64,000 nt of DNA from a virus (lineage: Duplodnaviria > Heunggongvirae > Uroviricota > Caudoviricetes): IMG/VR virus record IMGVR_UViG_3300042298_002704; one strand, 5' to 3'. Positions within the stretch are counted from its first letter, which is position 1, and every line of letters begins with the position of its first letter. Below the pieces are notes generated by a model. It was given only the letters and a program-made list of their open reading frames with translations, did no database searches and was not told the DNA's origin. Below are positions 1 to 9,850 of this stretch, in pieces. Position numbers and translations under genes: made by a program.

Positions 1-15
1 TAAAAACATTCTGTA

Positions 16-828
16 ATGACAACTAAAATAATTAAAAAAACTCGAAAAAATACCGTAAAAGGTGAATTCAATTTTGTTAAACGAATGATAACAGAAACCT
101 TTCCAACAGGAATGGTCAGTTTAGTTTCGGATTCATTCGATCTGTGGTCAGTTATAACTGAAATTTTACCAAACTTGAAAGAACAAATTCTTTCACGCGA
201 TGGTAAATTGGTTATTCGTCCTGACAGTGGAGATCCGGTTGATATTATTTGTGGTGAATGTAAAGATGTTGATTGTGAATTTAAAATTGATCATACATCT
301 GCCCACAAAGGCGTAATCGAACTCCTTTGGGACATTTTTGGCGGAACCGTAAATGAGCAAGGTTATAAAGTTCTTGACCCGCATATCGGTTGTATTTACG
401 GCGATTCAATCACAATTGACCGTCAAGTTCAAATTTATGAAAGATTGGCCGCAAAAGGATTTGCTGCAACAAATATCGTTCTCGGAGTTGGAAGTTTCAC
501 ATATCAAATGAACACGAGAGATACTTTCGGATTTGCCGCCAAGGGTGCATGGTTCGAAATTAAAAATGAAGATGGTACTAAAACTGAATATTCAATTTAC
601 AAAGACCCAGTAACTGATGATGGTACAAAAAAGAGTTTGAAAGGTTTATTGAGAGTTGATTACATTGATGATTATGACCAAGATTCACCAGAAATTAAAT
701 GTTTTACTGAACAGACTTGGCTTCAAGAATCAACTGGACTTCTCCAAACCATTTATGAGGATGGAAAATTTTACAATCAAACTTCATTGACCGAAATTCG
801 GAGCAGAATTGATAAACTTGTAAAATAA
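16..828 (+). CDS. nadV: Nicotinamide phosphoribosyltransferase (NAMPT/NadV), C-terminal half. The ORF begins with its own ATG right after an in-frame TAA at 1-3.
   Basis: Motifs VSDSFD, IRPDSGDP, GDSI, KDPVTD..KKSLKG align with the C-terminal half of NAMPT recalled from memory. The N-terminal ~200 aa are not in this ORF. Confidence 0.7.
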   Translation: MTTKIIKKTRKNTVKGEFNFVKRMITETFPTGMVSLVSDSFDLWSVITEILPNLKEQILSRDGKLVIRPDSGDPVDIICGECKDVDCEFKIDHTSAHKGVIELLWDIFGGTVNEQGYKVLDPHIGCIYGDSITIDRQVQIYERLAAKGFAATNIVLGVGSFTYQMNTRDTFGFAAKGAWFEIKNEDGTKTEYSIYKDPVTDDGTKKSLKGLLRVDYIDDYDQDSPEIKCFTEQTWLQESTGLLQTIYEDGKFYNQTSLTEIRSRIDKLVK

Positions 829-856
829 TACTGTCTTAATATTTGTTCAATTTGAG

Positions 857-891
857 CCTGTATCTGCTGTAAAGTGGGTGCAGGTTTTTTT
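857..891 (+). terminator. Putative intrinsic terminator after the NAMPT ORF
   Basis: CCTGTA…TGCAGG stem (one G-U) then TTTTTTT. Confidence 0.4.
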
Positions 892-902
892 GTTAGAAGT
901 TA

Positions 903-914
903 GGATATTTATAT
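903..914 (+). promoter_or_regulatory. Late-type motif GGATATTTATAT
   Basis: 26 nt upstream of the phoH start. The same motif recurs upstream of + strand structural genes. Confidence 0.45.
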
Positions 915-939
915 GTAAAATAATAAAAAGGGATTTGAT

Positions 940-1581
940 TTGAATAGAGACGATAGAGAAAAGAATATCAAATATGATATTCAGTTAATTGATGAACAAA
1001 AGGAAGCAAAAGAAGGAATTTTATCTCATCCGTTTTCTTTTTTATTAGGAAATGCTGGAAGCGGTAAAACGTTGACGGCCACGGCTATTTCGTTGGACCA
1101 GTTATTCAAAAAAAATATTTCTAAAATTGTAATAACCCGACCTACGGTTTCGACGGAAGATAATGGGTTTTTGCCCGGAACAATTCAAGAAAAGATGGAC
1201 CCGTGGTTAGTTCCGATTAGAGATAATTTTAGAAAGGTTTATAATAAAAAGGAAAAGTTGGAACAACTGGAACGGGATGATATTATTGAAATTGTTCCGT
1301 TGAGCTACTTTCGGGGCAGAACTTTTGATAATGCCGTGTGTATCGTAGACGAATTTCAAAATCTTTCTAAGTCACAATTAAAAATGTGCATTGGAAGGTT
1401 AGGTAAAGGAAGTATGATGATTTTTTGCGGTGATGAACAACAAATTGACTTGAAGGTTAAGCAAGATAGTGCAATTTGGGAAATTGAAAAATTAAAGCAA
1501 AGTAATTTTGTATTTATACATGAACTTAAACATAATCACCGACACGAAGCAGTGTTTGAGTTATTGGAACTTTTAAAATAA
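940..1581 (+). CDS. phoH: PhoH-like ATPase
   Basis: Walker A LLGNAGSGKT and PhoH-like TRPTVSTEDNGFLPG / DEFQNLS motifs. TTG start. Preceded by a GGATATTTATAT motif at 903-914. Confidence 0.8.
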   Translation: MNRDDREKNIKYDIQLIDEQKEAKEGILSHPFSFLLGNAGSGKTLTATAISLDQLFKKNISKIVITRPTVSTEDNGFLPGTIQEKMDPWLVPIRDNFRKVYNKKEKLEQLERDDIIEIVPLSYFRGRTFDNAVCIVDEFQNLSKSQLKMCIGRLGKGSMMIFCGDEQQIDLKVKQDSAIWEIEKLKQSNFVFIHELKHNHRHEAVFELLELLK

Positions 1582-1596
1582 AACGAGGAAAAATAA

Positions 1597-1785
1597 ATGT
1601 CAAGAAACAACCAAAACTCAAAATGGAAAGCACATCAACAACCGAACCCAACAACCGTTGAGGTTCCTGTTAAAAAAGTAGTAGAAATTTCAGAACCTTT
1701 GAAAGTAGTTGAAGTTCCTGTTGAACCCGTTGTTGAAAAACCAGTAGTTAAAAAATTAACCAAAAAAGAAACCACTGAGGAATAA
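1597..1785 (+). CDS. Small K/V/P/E-rich repeat protein
   Basis: ATG start with AGGAAAA upstream. Repeats of VEVPV/VVEKPVV. Confidence 0.45.
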   Translation: MSRNNQNSKWKAHQQPNPTTVEVPVKKVVEISEPLKVVEVPVEPVVEKPVVKKLTKKETTEE

Positions 1786-2120
1786 TGGCCTTAAAAGTTA
1801 AAAATTTTGAACTTCCAGATAAAACTATTTTAGAGGAAGCGTATTTACGAATTTCAGTTATTACGACTGCTAACGTTGATTACGATTATTTGGAACCACT
1901 TTTAGATAGTGAAGATGTAATTACCCGGTGGACAACAAGGTTGGAAAACAGAGCCAATGTTTTTGTTTACGGGGATGAAATTGCGCGTCAAAACCGGGTT
2001 AGTCCGTTAAATTGGTTTGAATTTAGATTCGATTTCAATTTAGCAGATAACGGTAATATTTACGAACAAGCATATGAATATTTAAAATACAATATTTATC
2101 CAGAATCAGAGGATTGTTAA
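1785..2120 (+). CDS. Hypothetical protein
   Basis: ATG overlaps the upstream stop (ATGG coupling). Continuous coding frame in the structural operon. Confidence 0.5.
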   Translation: MALKVKNFELPDKTILEEAYLRISVITTANVDYDYLEPLLDSEDVITRWTTRLENRANVFVYGDEIARQNRVSPLNWFEFRFDFNLADNGNIYEQAYEYLKYNIYPESEDC

Positions 2121-2522
2121 TTGTCATTATACACCTTTATAATCAAGCAAGGTAAAACTTTTGAGCGGAGATTCGAGTATAAGACCGGGTCTCCTGCTCA
2201 ACCTTTTGACTTTACTGGTTATGAGGTCCGGGCGCAAATTAGACCTCAACCGGGTTCCTCCATTGTTTATTGCACTCTTAGTTCAAGTATCCAGCCTGAT
2301 GGAACGGGGTTTAACATGACTCCTACATCGGCATCTGTTGTTTTACCACGTTCAAGCGGAAGTGTTGGAATGAAAATTAGTGCGTTTTCAAGTTCAATGT
2401 TTAATTTTGATACTGCATTTATTGATATTGAATTTTATAGTGGAAGTGGTCAAACTCAATATGTTAAAGAACTTTTAAGTGGAAAGGTAAAAGTCATTAA
2501 AGAGGTGACTAACGTTGGCTAA
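2121..2522 (+). CDS. Hypothetical Ser/Gly-rich protein
   Basis: TTG start directly after the upstream TAA. Stop overlaps the fibre gene start. Confidence 0.45.
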   Translation: MSLYTFIIKQGKTFERRFEYKTGSPAQPFDFTGYEVRAQIRPQPGSSIVYCTLSSSIQPDGTGFNMTPTSASVVLPRSSGSVGMKISAFSSSMFNFDTAFIDIEFYSGSGQTQYVKELLSGKVKVIKEVTNVG

Positions 2523-5500
2523 TGAAAAGGTTTATATTTTTGACCAAGATAACATTCAAATAAACGTATATGAACAATCATCTACGGAAGTAAATGTTAT
2601 TCCTGAAAATGAACCTGAAATTATTTATTTATTTGAACCGGGACCACAGGGGCCAAAGGGTAATGACGGAGGTGAATTTGTTTTACCGTCAAATGTAGTA
2701 TCCGGTTCAGACCAATTAAGCGGAAGTTTTGATTTAAGATATGAGTTACAAGGTTCAAATCTTATATCATCAAGTCAACAAATTTCAAGTGATATTTCTG
2801 GTTCATTTACCAATCTTTCCAGTTCATTTGCTGGAAGGATTTTTGTATTTGAAAATAAAACTTTATTTTCATCATCCCAACAAGTTGATTATAATTCAAT
2901 TCAAAACGTCCCGGCTGGCATTTTAAGTTCAAGTCAAACCTTTGTACTTAAAACCGAATTTTATCCGTATTCAAGTTCAACAGATACGAAGATAGGAAGA
3001 TTGGAACAACAAACATCTTCTTACGCTCAAATTTCAACTCTAACGCCTTTATTTAATTTTACAAGTTCTACTAACCAACGGCTGCAAATAATTGAACAGG
3101 CGACATCCTCGTATGTTAGAAACGATTCTACCGCATCGTTTATAAACAATTCACAGACTTCAAGTTTTGCAACTGCTCAAAGTTTCATTTCATATACTGG
3201 TTCTACAGATGAAAAAATTCGAAGGTTAGAACAGGCGACCAGTTCATTTGCTGTTAAAACTGAAATTAGCGGAGCATTTACGTCAACTTCAAGTTCCCTT
3301 GCAAGTAGAATAGGTATATTTGAAAATAAAACCTTATTATCAGGTTCTTCACAAATACAATATTCTCAAATAACTGGTATTCCGGTTGGAATTTTAAGTT
3401 CAAGTAATGGTTTTATTTCAAGTAGTCAGCAAGTACATTTTTCTTTAATATCAAATAAACCAACCTTAGTATCAAGCTCAGGACAAATTTCATACTTAGA
3501 AATTGTAAACGTTCCGAGTAATATTGTGTCAGGTAGTGATCAACTTTCTGGAAGTTATGATTCACGATATGAAAGAAAAGGAACTGGCATTCTTTCATCA
3601 TCTAATGGATTTTTTAGTTCATCTGCTCAGGTAGATTATAATTTTATTCAGAATAAACCTACAACGATACCAACTGCAAGTTTTGCATTGACGGCAAGTT
3701 TTGCATTAAATGCAGGATCGGGGGGGAACATAAATACAAGTTCACTTGCAACCACTGGTTCAAATCAGTTTAATGGAAACCAAAGTATAAGTGGAAGTTT
3801 AACAGTAAGCCAACCAATAACAGGGTCAATTTTAAGCGCAAGTTATGCGGTTTCGGCCAGTTATGCTCCAAGAGTACCATTACCTGCAAATTTAATTAGT
3901 TCAAGTCAGCAAGTGAATTTTGCTGATATTTCAGGTTCATTTAATACTGGATCATTCTTAGCAAATAGCTTTACTTCAAGCTATTATACGTTTACAGCTT
4001 CTATTGATACAAAGGTTCAACGTCTTGAAAGTGTTACCAGTTCATACGCGCTTAAAACAGAAATTAGTGGTGCGTTTACAAACGTTTCAAGCTCATTACA
4101 AGCAAGAATTGGACTGTTTGAGGGAAAGACTTTATTTTCATCGTCTGCTCAATTACCCTCTGGTTTAATTTCTTCAAGTGCTGGATTTATAAGTGCATCG
4201 AGTCAAGTTGATTTTGCGGGGATCATAAATAAACCAACTTTACTTTCAGGTTCAGGTCAAGTTATTTATAACCAAATTAGTTCAATTCCTTCAAATATTG
4301 TAAGTGGAAGCGAACAACTAACTTCAAGTTATGATACTCGTTACCATCGACTTGGAACTGGATTATTTAGTGCGTCACAGCAAGTAAATTACGCTCAGTT
4401 ACTTAACGTTCCAGTAGGGATTTTAAGTAGTTCAAATGGATTTATTTCTTCAAGTCAACAAATAAAAAATAACTTACCTTCTGGGACTGTTTCAAGTTCG
4501 CAACAAATAAATTCCGGCTCATTTTCAGGTTCTTTTTTTGGAAATGGTAGTGGTCTAACGGGAATCTTTTCGGCCTCATATGCTTTAACTGCTTCATATG
4601 TTTCAGGTTCAAGCAATAGTTCAATTTCATCGAGTTATGCAGTAACAGCTTCTTACGCGTTAGTTGCTCAAACACTTCTTGGTTCTATTGTTTCGGCATC
4701 ATATGCTGAAACTGCAAGTTATTTGAATAATCAAGCCAGATATTTTGCAACCCACAACCAGCCTGTTTCAGACGTTACATGGTCATTTCAACACAATCTT
4801 GGAAACAAATATCCAGTTATTACAGTTTGGGGAAATGATGATGAAGTGGTTATTCCTGAACGGATTTTTGGTTACAGTCCAAATTTGACTTATATTTATT
4901 TTCCGTCTTCACAATCCGGGTTTGCAGCAGCTACGGTCGGAAGTATTTTGCCCACAACATCCTATGGAAATTTTACAGGATCGTTTTCAGGTTCATTTAT
5001 CGGAGATGGAAGTGGGTTAACTGGCGTAACTGCTACAATACCGCCAAATATACTTTCAAGTTCTAATCAAATAGCAATTGATATTTCCGGGTCATTTACT
5101 AATTTATCAAGTTCATTTCAAAGTAGGATTTCGAGTTTTGAAAGTAAAACCTTATTTTCTTCTTCTGCCCAAGTCAATTTTTATCAAATTTCAAATGTTC
5201 CAGATGGTATTTTAAGTTCCAGTAACGGATTTATAAGTAGTAGTGAACAGTTAACGTCAAGTTATGATACTCGGTACGAGCGAAAAGGTACTGGTATTTT
5301 TTCAAGTTCTCAACAAGTTTCATTTACTCAAATATCTAACATTCCTTCTGGAATAATAAGTTCAAGCAATGGCTTTATAAGTTCAAGTCAACAGGTAGAT
5401 TTTTCTTTAATAGTAAATAAACCAACCTTAGTATCAGGATCGGGTCAAATTATATTTTTGGGCATTTCCAATGTTCCGAGTGGAATTGCATCTGGTAGTG

Positions 5501-6681
5501 AACAATTTACTGGAAGTTATGATTTAAGATATGAAAGAAAGGGAACTGGGATAGTATCAGCCTCAAACCAAATATCTTATTCCCAACTTCAAAATATTCC
5601 GACTGGAATCGTAAGTTCAAGTCAACAAATAAATTCTGGCTCATTTTCAGGTTCTTTTTTTGGAAATGGTGCAAATTTAACTGGTATAGCTTCAAGCAGT
5701 TATGCCATTTCTGCAAGTTATGTTTCGGGAGTAACTCTTCCGTCTAATTTAATAAGTTCATCGGCTCAAATATCAAATGATATTTCCGGGTCATTTACTG
5801 CACTTTCTGGCTCATTTAACAATAGGTTCGTTTCAATAGAAGCGACTACTGGAAGCCTAAACACCTTCACTGGCTCAATACAGAATATAGTGAACTCTAT
5901 TCTATTAACCACTGGTTCATTGAATACGGTTACAGGTTCTATTATAGAAAGGTTAAATTCTATTGAATTGACTACTGGTAGTTTGAACCTTGCTACTGGT
6001 TCTATATTAGGTAGGATTGCTTCCATCGAATTAACAACAGGAAGCATTAACCTTTACACAGGTTCAGCTAATACAAGGTTCAACCTTATAGAAATAAAAA
6101 CTGGAAGTTATGCAACTACTGGTTCAAATACATTTGTAGGTAATCAAACCATAAGTGGCTCTATTACTATATCAGGTTCTATATTTATATCATCAGGTAG
6201 CATATCAGGTTCATTAAGAGGTAATGGAAGTGAAATTACAGGAGTAGTTTCAAGCAGTTACGCATTAAGTGCAAGTTATGCTTCTGTTGCACAAACTTTG
6301 CTTGGATCAGTAATTTCAGCATCATACGCACTGACTGCATCGTATGCAATGAATGGGGGAGGTGGGCCAAGTGTAAGTGCTTCGTATGCAGCAACAGCAT
6401 CTTACATAGACTCTCCGGGAGTTTTCAGTGGTTCATTTTCTGGTTCATATATAGGAGATGGTTCTGCTTTGACAGGAATTGTTGCATCTGCAAATCCGGC
6501 AGGGCCAAATCAATCTATTCAATTCAATGACTCTGGTGCAACTTCTGGAAGTAGTCAATTATTATTCAACAAAGCAACTGGTCAATTAAGCGGGTCATTT
6601 ATCGGAGATGGTTCTGGACTGACAAATATCGGCGGCGGAGTCACAAAGGCATTTGTATTAGCAATGGCCGCAGCATTATAA
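2515..6681 (+). CDS. Long tail fibre-like protein (1388 aa, serine-rich, internally repetitive)
   Basis: Short collagen-like GPQGPKGNDGG. Four or more ~150-aa repeat units (ISGSFTNLSSSF..RI..FE.KTLFSSS.QV ... GILSSSNGFISSSQQV). Four ~20-aa LTTGSLN.xTGSI heptad-like repeats near the C-terminus. TTG start. Confidence 0.7.
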   Translation: MANEKVYIFDQDNIQINVYEQSSTEVNVIPENEPEIIYLFEPGPQGPKGNDGGEFVLPSNVVSGSDQLSGSFDLRYELQGSNLISSSQQISSDISGSFTNLSSSFAGRIFVFENKTLFSSSQQVDYNSIQNVPAGILSSSQTFVLKTEFYPYSSSTDTKIGRLEQQTSSYAQISTLTPLFNFTSSTNQRLQIIEQATSSYVRNDSTASFINNSQTSSFATAQSFISYTGSTDEKIRRLEQATSSFAVKTEISGAFTSTSSSLASRIGIFENKTLLSGSSQIQYSQITGIPVGILSSSNGFISSSQQVHFSLISNKPTLVSSSGQISYLEIVNVPSNIVSGSDQLSGSYDSRYERKGTGILSSSNGFFSSSAQVDYNFIQNKPTTIPTASFALTASFALNAGSGGNINTSSLATTGSNQFNGNQSISGSLTVSQPITGSILSASYAVSASYAPRVPLPANLISSSQQVNFADISGSFNTGSFLANSFTSSYYTFTASIDTKVQRLESVTSSYALKTEISGAFTNVSSSLQARIGLFEGKTLFSSSAQLPSGLISSSAGFISASSQVDFAGIINKPTLLSGSGQVIYNQISSIPSNIVSGSEQLTSSYDTRYHRLGTGLFSASQQVNYAQLLNVPVGILSSSNGFISSSQQIKNNLPSGTVSSSQQINSGSFSGSFFGNGSGLTGIFSASYALTASYVSGSSNSSISSSYAVTASYALVAQTLLGSIVSASYAETASYLNNQARYFATHNQPVSDVTWSFQHNLGNKYPVITVWGNDDEVVIPERIFGYSPNLTYIYFPSSQSGFAAATVGSILPTTSYGNFTGSFSGSFIGDGSGLTGVTATIPPNILSSSNQIAIDISGSFTNLSSSFQSRISSFESKTLFSSSAQVNFYQISNVPDGILSSSNGFISSSEQLTSSYDTRYERKGTGIFSSSQQVSFTQISNIPSGIISSSNGFISSSQQVDFSLIVNKPTLVSGSGQIIFLGISNVPSGIASGSEQFTGSYDLRYERKGTGIVSASNQISYSQLQNIPTGIVSSSQQINSGSFSGSFFGNGANLTGIASSSYAISASYVSGVTLPSNLISSSAQISNDISGSFTALSGSFNNRFVSIEATTGSLNTFTGSIQNIVNSILLTTGSLNTVTGSIIERLNSIELTTGSLNLATGSILGRIASIELTTGSINLYTGSANTRFNLIEIKTGSYATTGSNTFVGNQTISGSITISGSIFISSGSISGSLRGNGSEITGVVSSSYALSASYASVAQTLLGSVISASYALTASYAMNGGGGPSVSASYAATASYIDSPGVFSGSFSGSYIGDGSALTGIVASANPAGPNQSIQFNDSGATSGSSQLLFNKATGQLSGSFIGDGSGLTNIGGGVTKAFVLAMAAAL
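4501..4548 (+). repeat. Intragenic ~48-bp DNA repeat in the fibre gene, copy 1
   Basis: CAACAAATAAATTC(C/T)GGCTCATTTTCAGGTTCTTTTTTTGGAAATGGT is also at 5623-5670. Confidence 0.75.
5623..5670 (+). repeat. Intragenic ~48-bp DNA repeat in the fibre gene, copy 2
   Basis: One mismatch versus 4501-4548. Encodes the INSGSFSGSFFGNG repeat. Confidence 0.75.
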
Positions 6682-6697
6682 AGGAAATATAAAAAAA

Positions 6698-8050
6698 ATG
6701 GCACAAAAAGGCGTAGTATCAGGCAATAATTATACATTCAACGCATTAGCAAAGACCATTACGTTTAGTAATGATTACTTGGGCATGGCATTAAGTGATG
6801 TGATGTATATCATTAACATTACATCTGGCGTTGCTACTGTAATATACGATCCGTCTGACATTACAAAGGGAGGGACATTATCAGGGTTAACCTTGACATT
6901 GAATTATGATACAAGTTCAATGTCATCCACAGATTCATTGCAAATAATTATTGGATTCACTCCACAAAATCAAGACCCGGCACCTGTTAAAAGTGTTGAT
7001 ACAGTAACAGATACTAATCAAACAGAATTATTGCAAAGTATAGCAGATAATTTGGGCTTATTGTCACTTGCAATGGATGTAAACGAAAAAGCTCCGCTAA
7101 GTGTGCATGATGTAGTCACTAAAAAAGATGTGCAAGGCGCAAATGTAATATCAGACGCTCCAAGGCCTCTTCACGGTATATTGAAAGGTGCTGTGTTAGG
7201 GGACTCTTTTGTAGTTGATACAACTGGTTATGCGACATTAGTAGTTCAATGTGCAAGCTCAGTTGGATACAACTCTCAAATAATTATAGAAGGTTGTAAC
7301 GACGCCCCCAACTTTGCGTCTGCGCAGTGGTCGCAATTAACTTATATAAACACAATAAATACGACCACAGGAGCAACTGCTATTCAAAACGCGAACTTTT
7401 CCCCTACTCCATCAAATAGTTATACATTATACATATCTTGCTTTCATAGGTTTATTAGAATTAGACCTGTAACTGCTAGCGCCGGAACGTTTAGTATAAC
7501 AGCGTATTTAAGAACACAGCCAGTAGATGCTGGCCCTATTTTTACAAAAGCAGTGTCAGCAACAATAGGTGCGATTTCAACAATCGTAGCCACCCAGAAC
7601 GCAGCTGGTTCCACACAAAATTTTACAGGTGGTTTACCAGTGGGAGGATTCTTACCGCCCGGATCAACTAACGTTACTTGGCCAGTACTTGTTGGTGGGA
7701 GAGAACTGCCAGCAGTAGGTTCTTTATCTGGCGTAAGTCGAACGTTACTGGTAGACCCATTAGGTAGACCGATATTAGGAACAGACATTCCATCTGGTTC
7801 ATTTGGAAATGGTTCGACCATGAGAGGCGTAGGCGGCATTCAAAATACCATTCAAGGTTCACAGGCATTATTAGTATCAGACGTTGGGCAAACTGAGGGC
7901 AATACGAATAATCATCTACTATACCAAATATTAGAAGAATTAAAAATATTAAACCAACAATTCATAGAACTTCCGATATTATTACAGTCTAGTTTTTCAC
8001 AAATGAGCGACCCGGATGAATATCGAAATGAACATGGAAAGAACTGGTAA
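6698..8050 (+). CDS. Putative tail fibre/receptor-binding structural protein
   Basis: ATG start after A-rich spacer. Thr/Ser/Gly-rich 450 aa placed after the fibre gene. Confidence 0.5.
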   Translation: MAQKGVVSGNNYTFNALAKTITFSNDYLGMALSDVMYIINITSGVATVIYDPSDITKGGTLSGLTLTLNYDTSSMSSTDSLQIIIGFTPQNQDPAPVKSVDTVTDTNQTELLQSIADNLGLLSLAMDVNEKAPLSVHDVVTKKDVQGANVISDAPRPLHGILKGAVLGDSFVVDTTGYATLVVQCASSVGYNSQIIIEGCNDAPNFASAQWSQLTYINTINTTTGATAIQNANFSPTPSNSYTLYISCFHRFIRIRPVTASAGTFSITAYLRTQPVDAGPIFTKAVSATIGAISTIVATQNAAGSTQNFTGGLPVGGFLPPGSTNVTWPVLVGGRELPAVGSLSGVSRTLLVDPLGRPILGTDIPSGSFGNGSTMRGVGGIQNTIQGSQALLVSDVGQTEGNTNNHLLYQILEELKILNQQFIELPILLQSSFSQMSDPDEYRNEHGKNW

Positions 8051-8117
8051 TAAACAAAAGGCAAGTTTTAGATAAAAATTTGCATATTTATAACAACAAA
8101 AACAAAGGAAATTTTAA

Positions 8118-8738
8118 ATGTTAATTCAAGCACAAGTAGGCCCAATCGTATCATCAACCTCTTTAGGTGTTGGAACAAACCCAAACCTAAGATTAGACAA
8201 TACAGGTGGTTTGACAGTCACACAATTAAATGCACGATACTATGAACCAACGTATCGTAGGCAAATGTTTACAATTGCTAATCAATCGGGAGTAACGACA
8301 TCGGCAGGTTTAACGACAACTTATGTAGGATTATGTATTGCAAATCCAACGACTTCAACAGTAAATGCAGTAATAACTAAAATAGGATATGCTTTCTTAG
8401 TAGCTCCGGCAGCAGCAATGACAATTGGTATTATGACAGGTGTTGGAGCTTCCATTACCGGAGCAATTACACCAAGAAATAGATTTGTAGGAGGTGTAAC
8501 TTCACAAGTGCTTGCAAGTACTTCATTAACGCTTCCCGGTACACCTGTACTTGAAACTATATTAGCGTCTGGTTTAACTGCCGCAATTACAACATCACCA
8601 ACAGGTGTTAGTGGATTTACTGATTTAGAAGGTTCATTAATATTACCTCCCGGCTCGTTTGCATGTTTTTATACGTCATCAGCGTCAGGAGCTTCTTCAT
8701 TCTTTGGTTCTTTCCAGTGGGTTGAAGTTCCGCTGTAA
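8118..8738 (+). CDS. Ala/Thr/Gly-rich structural protein
   Basis: ATG start. Followed by a hairpin terminator at 8751-8790. Confidence 0.5.
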   Translation: MLIQAQVGPIVSSTSLGVGTNPNLRLDNTGGLTVTQLNARYYEPTYRRQMFTIANQSGVTTSAGLTTTYVGLCIANPTTSTVNAVITKIGYAFLVAPAAAMTIGIMTGVGASITGAITPRNRFVGGVTSQVLASTSLTLPGTPVLETILASGLTAAITTSPTGVSGFTDLEGSLILPPGSFACFYTSSASGASSFFGSFQWVEVPL

Positions 8739-8750
8739 AAATCAATTTTA

Positions 8751-8790
8751 AACAAAGGTTGGGGTTATATCCTAACCTTTGTTTAATTAA
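8751..8790 (+). terminator. Intrinsic terminator
   Basis: AACAAAGGTTGGGG-ttatat-CCTAACCTTTGTT hairpin, then T/A-rich tail. Confidence 0.5.
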
Positions 8791-8807
8791 TTTAAAGGTA
8801 AAAGGAA

Positions 8808-9365
8808 ATGGAACCAATATTAACAGAAATAACTTATGAGTTGGGGACAGACGGTCAAACGCAGTTCAAAGTCACAACTTCAACATATCACGATGGTAGC
8901 ATTGATATAACAAAGAAACCTTATGGCACTTCTGACCAAATTGCCTATGAAAAAGCCGATGAGATTGAAAATAAGATAAACGATTTAGTTGAAATTTCAC
9001 AAGAAATTTCAAGAATAAATGCAAAATTGAAAGAAATAGATTATTTTGATAATGATATAAAAAATCAGATAGGAATTTCTCCACTTGATGTGATACAAAA
9101 ACGTTACAAAGATATTTTGTTAGATAAAGGTTGGTCAATTGACAATAGCTCAGGATATGTTTCACTTGATTTTTCAGTAAATTCCTCAAATGTATTAAAA
9201 TATTCAGTCAATGGAACGCCTAATAAGAATGTGAAATTATATGGTAATATTATAAGATTGATTGATTATCCTGTTAATGGTATTAATACCGATTTCTTTT
9301 TATCGCAAACAGAAAGGATTTATTTTTCATTGCCAAACAGAAGTATAAAAATAAAAAAACCATAA
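8808..9365 (+). CDS. Hypothetical protein
   Basis: ATG with AAAGGAAA upstream. 185 aa. Confidence 0.5.
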   Translation: MEPILTEITYELGTDGQTQFKVTTSTYHDGSIDITKKPYGTSDQIAYEKADEIENKINDLVEISQEISRINAKLKEIDYFDNDIKNQIGISPLDVIQKRYKDILLDKGWSIDNSSGYVSLDFSVNSSNVLKYSVNGTPNKNVKLYGNIIRLIDYPVNGINTDFFLSQTERIYFSLPNRSIKIKKP

Positions 9366-9403
9366 AATTTATTCATATTCATCTAACATAAAAACTTGCA
9401 ATT

Positions 9404-9847
9404 GTGAAAATATATAATCCTCAAATAATAAATGGTGCTATATCGGGTTCGTTAATTGGAACGGCCAGTTATGCAGTATCGTCAAGTTTTGCAGAAAATG
9501 GCGGCGGTGGCGGTCAAGGTTCTGGATTGTATTCAATTGGCGTAACAATAAAAAGTGAGGATACTTATATTACCGAAGGAAGTAAAGGGTTTAGGCATAT
9601 CCCTTCAAATTCTACAATTGTTAAAGCAAGGGGCGTTGCAAATGTAAATGGAAATATAAATTTGAATGTTAGAAAAAATGGAAATTTATTGGGAAATTAT
9701 AATTTAACCAATTCAAGTTCAAGTATTGATATGACTTTATCAGGTTGGACAACTTCATTATTAGAAAATGATTTGATTGAATTTTATGTCAGTCAATCTT
9801 CTTTATACATAACACAATTCAATTTTTTTATGGATTTACAAGGGTAA
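9404..9847 (+). CDS. Hypothetical protein with an N-terminal Gly run
   Basis: GTG start. ENGGGGGQGSG. Coupled to the next gene. Confidence 0.45.
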   Translation: MKIYNPQIINGAISGSLIGTASYAVSSSFAENGGGGGQGSGLYSIGVTIKSEDTYITEGSKGFRHIPSNSTIVKARGVANVNGNINLNVRKNGNLLGNYNLTNSSSSIDMTLSGWTTSLLENDLIEFYVSQSSLYITQFNFFMDLQG

Positions 9848-9850
9848 AAA

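Noticed and set aside
2741-6047. Antisense and overlapping ORFs inside the fibre gene (2741-2926, 3413-3601, 4442-4675, 5507-5716, 5766-6047)
   Set aside because: The serine-rich repeats leave alternative frames open by codon bias. They have no independent start context and lie fully inside a clearly coding repetitive gene.
7444-7868. Minus-strand ORFs 7444-7839 and 7674-7868 inside the 6698-8050 gene
   Set aside because: Fully embedded antisense of a strong + strand gene in a strictly + strand operon. Pro/Thr-rich low-complexity translation.
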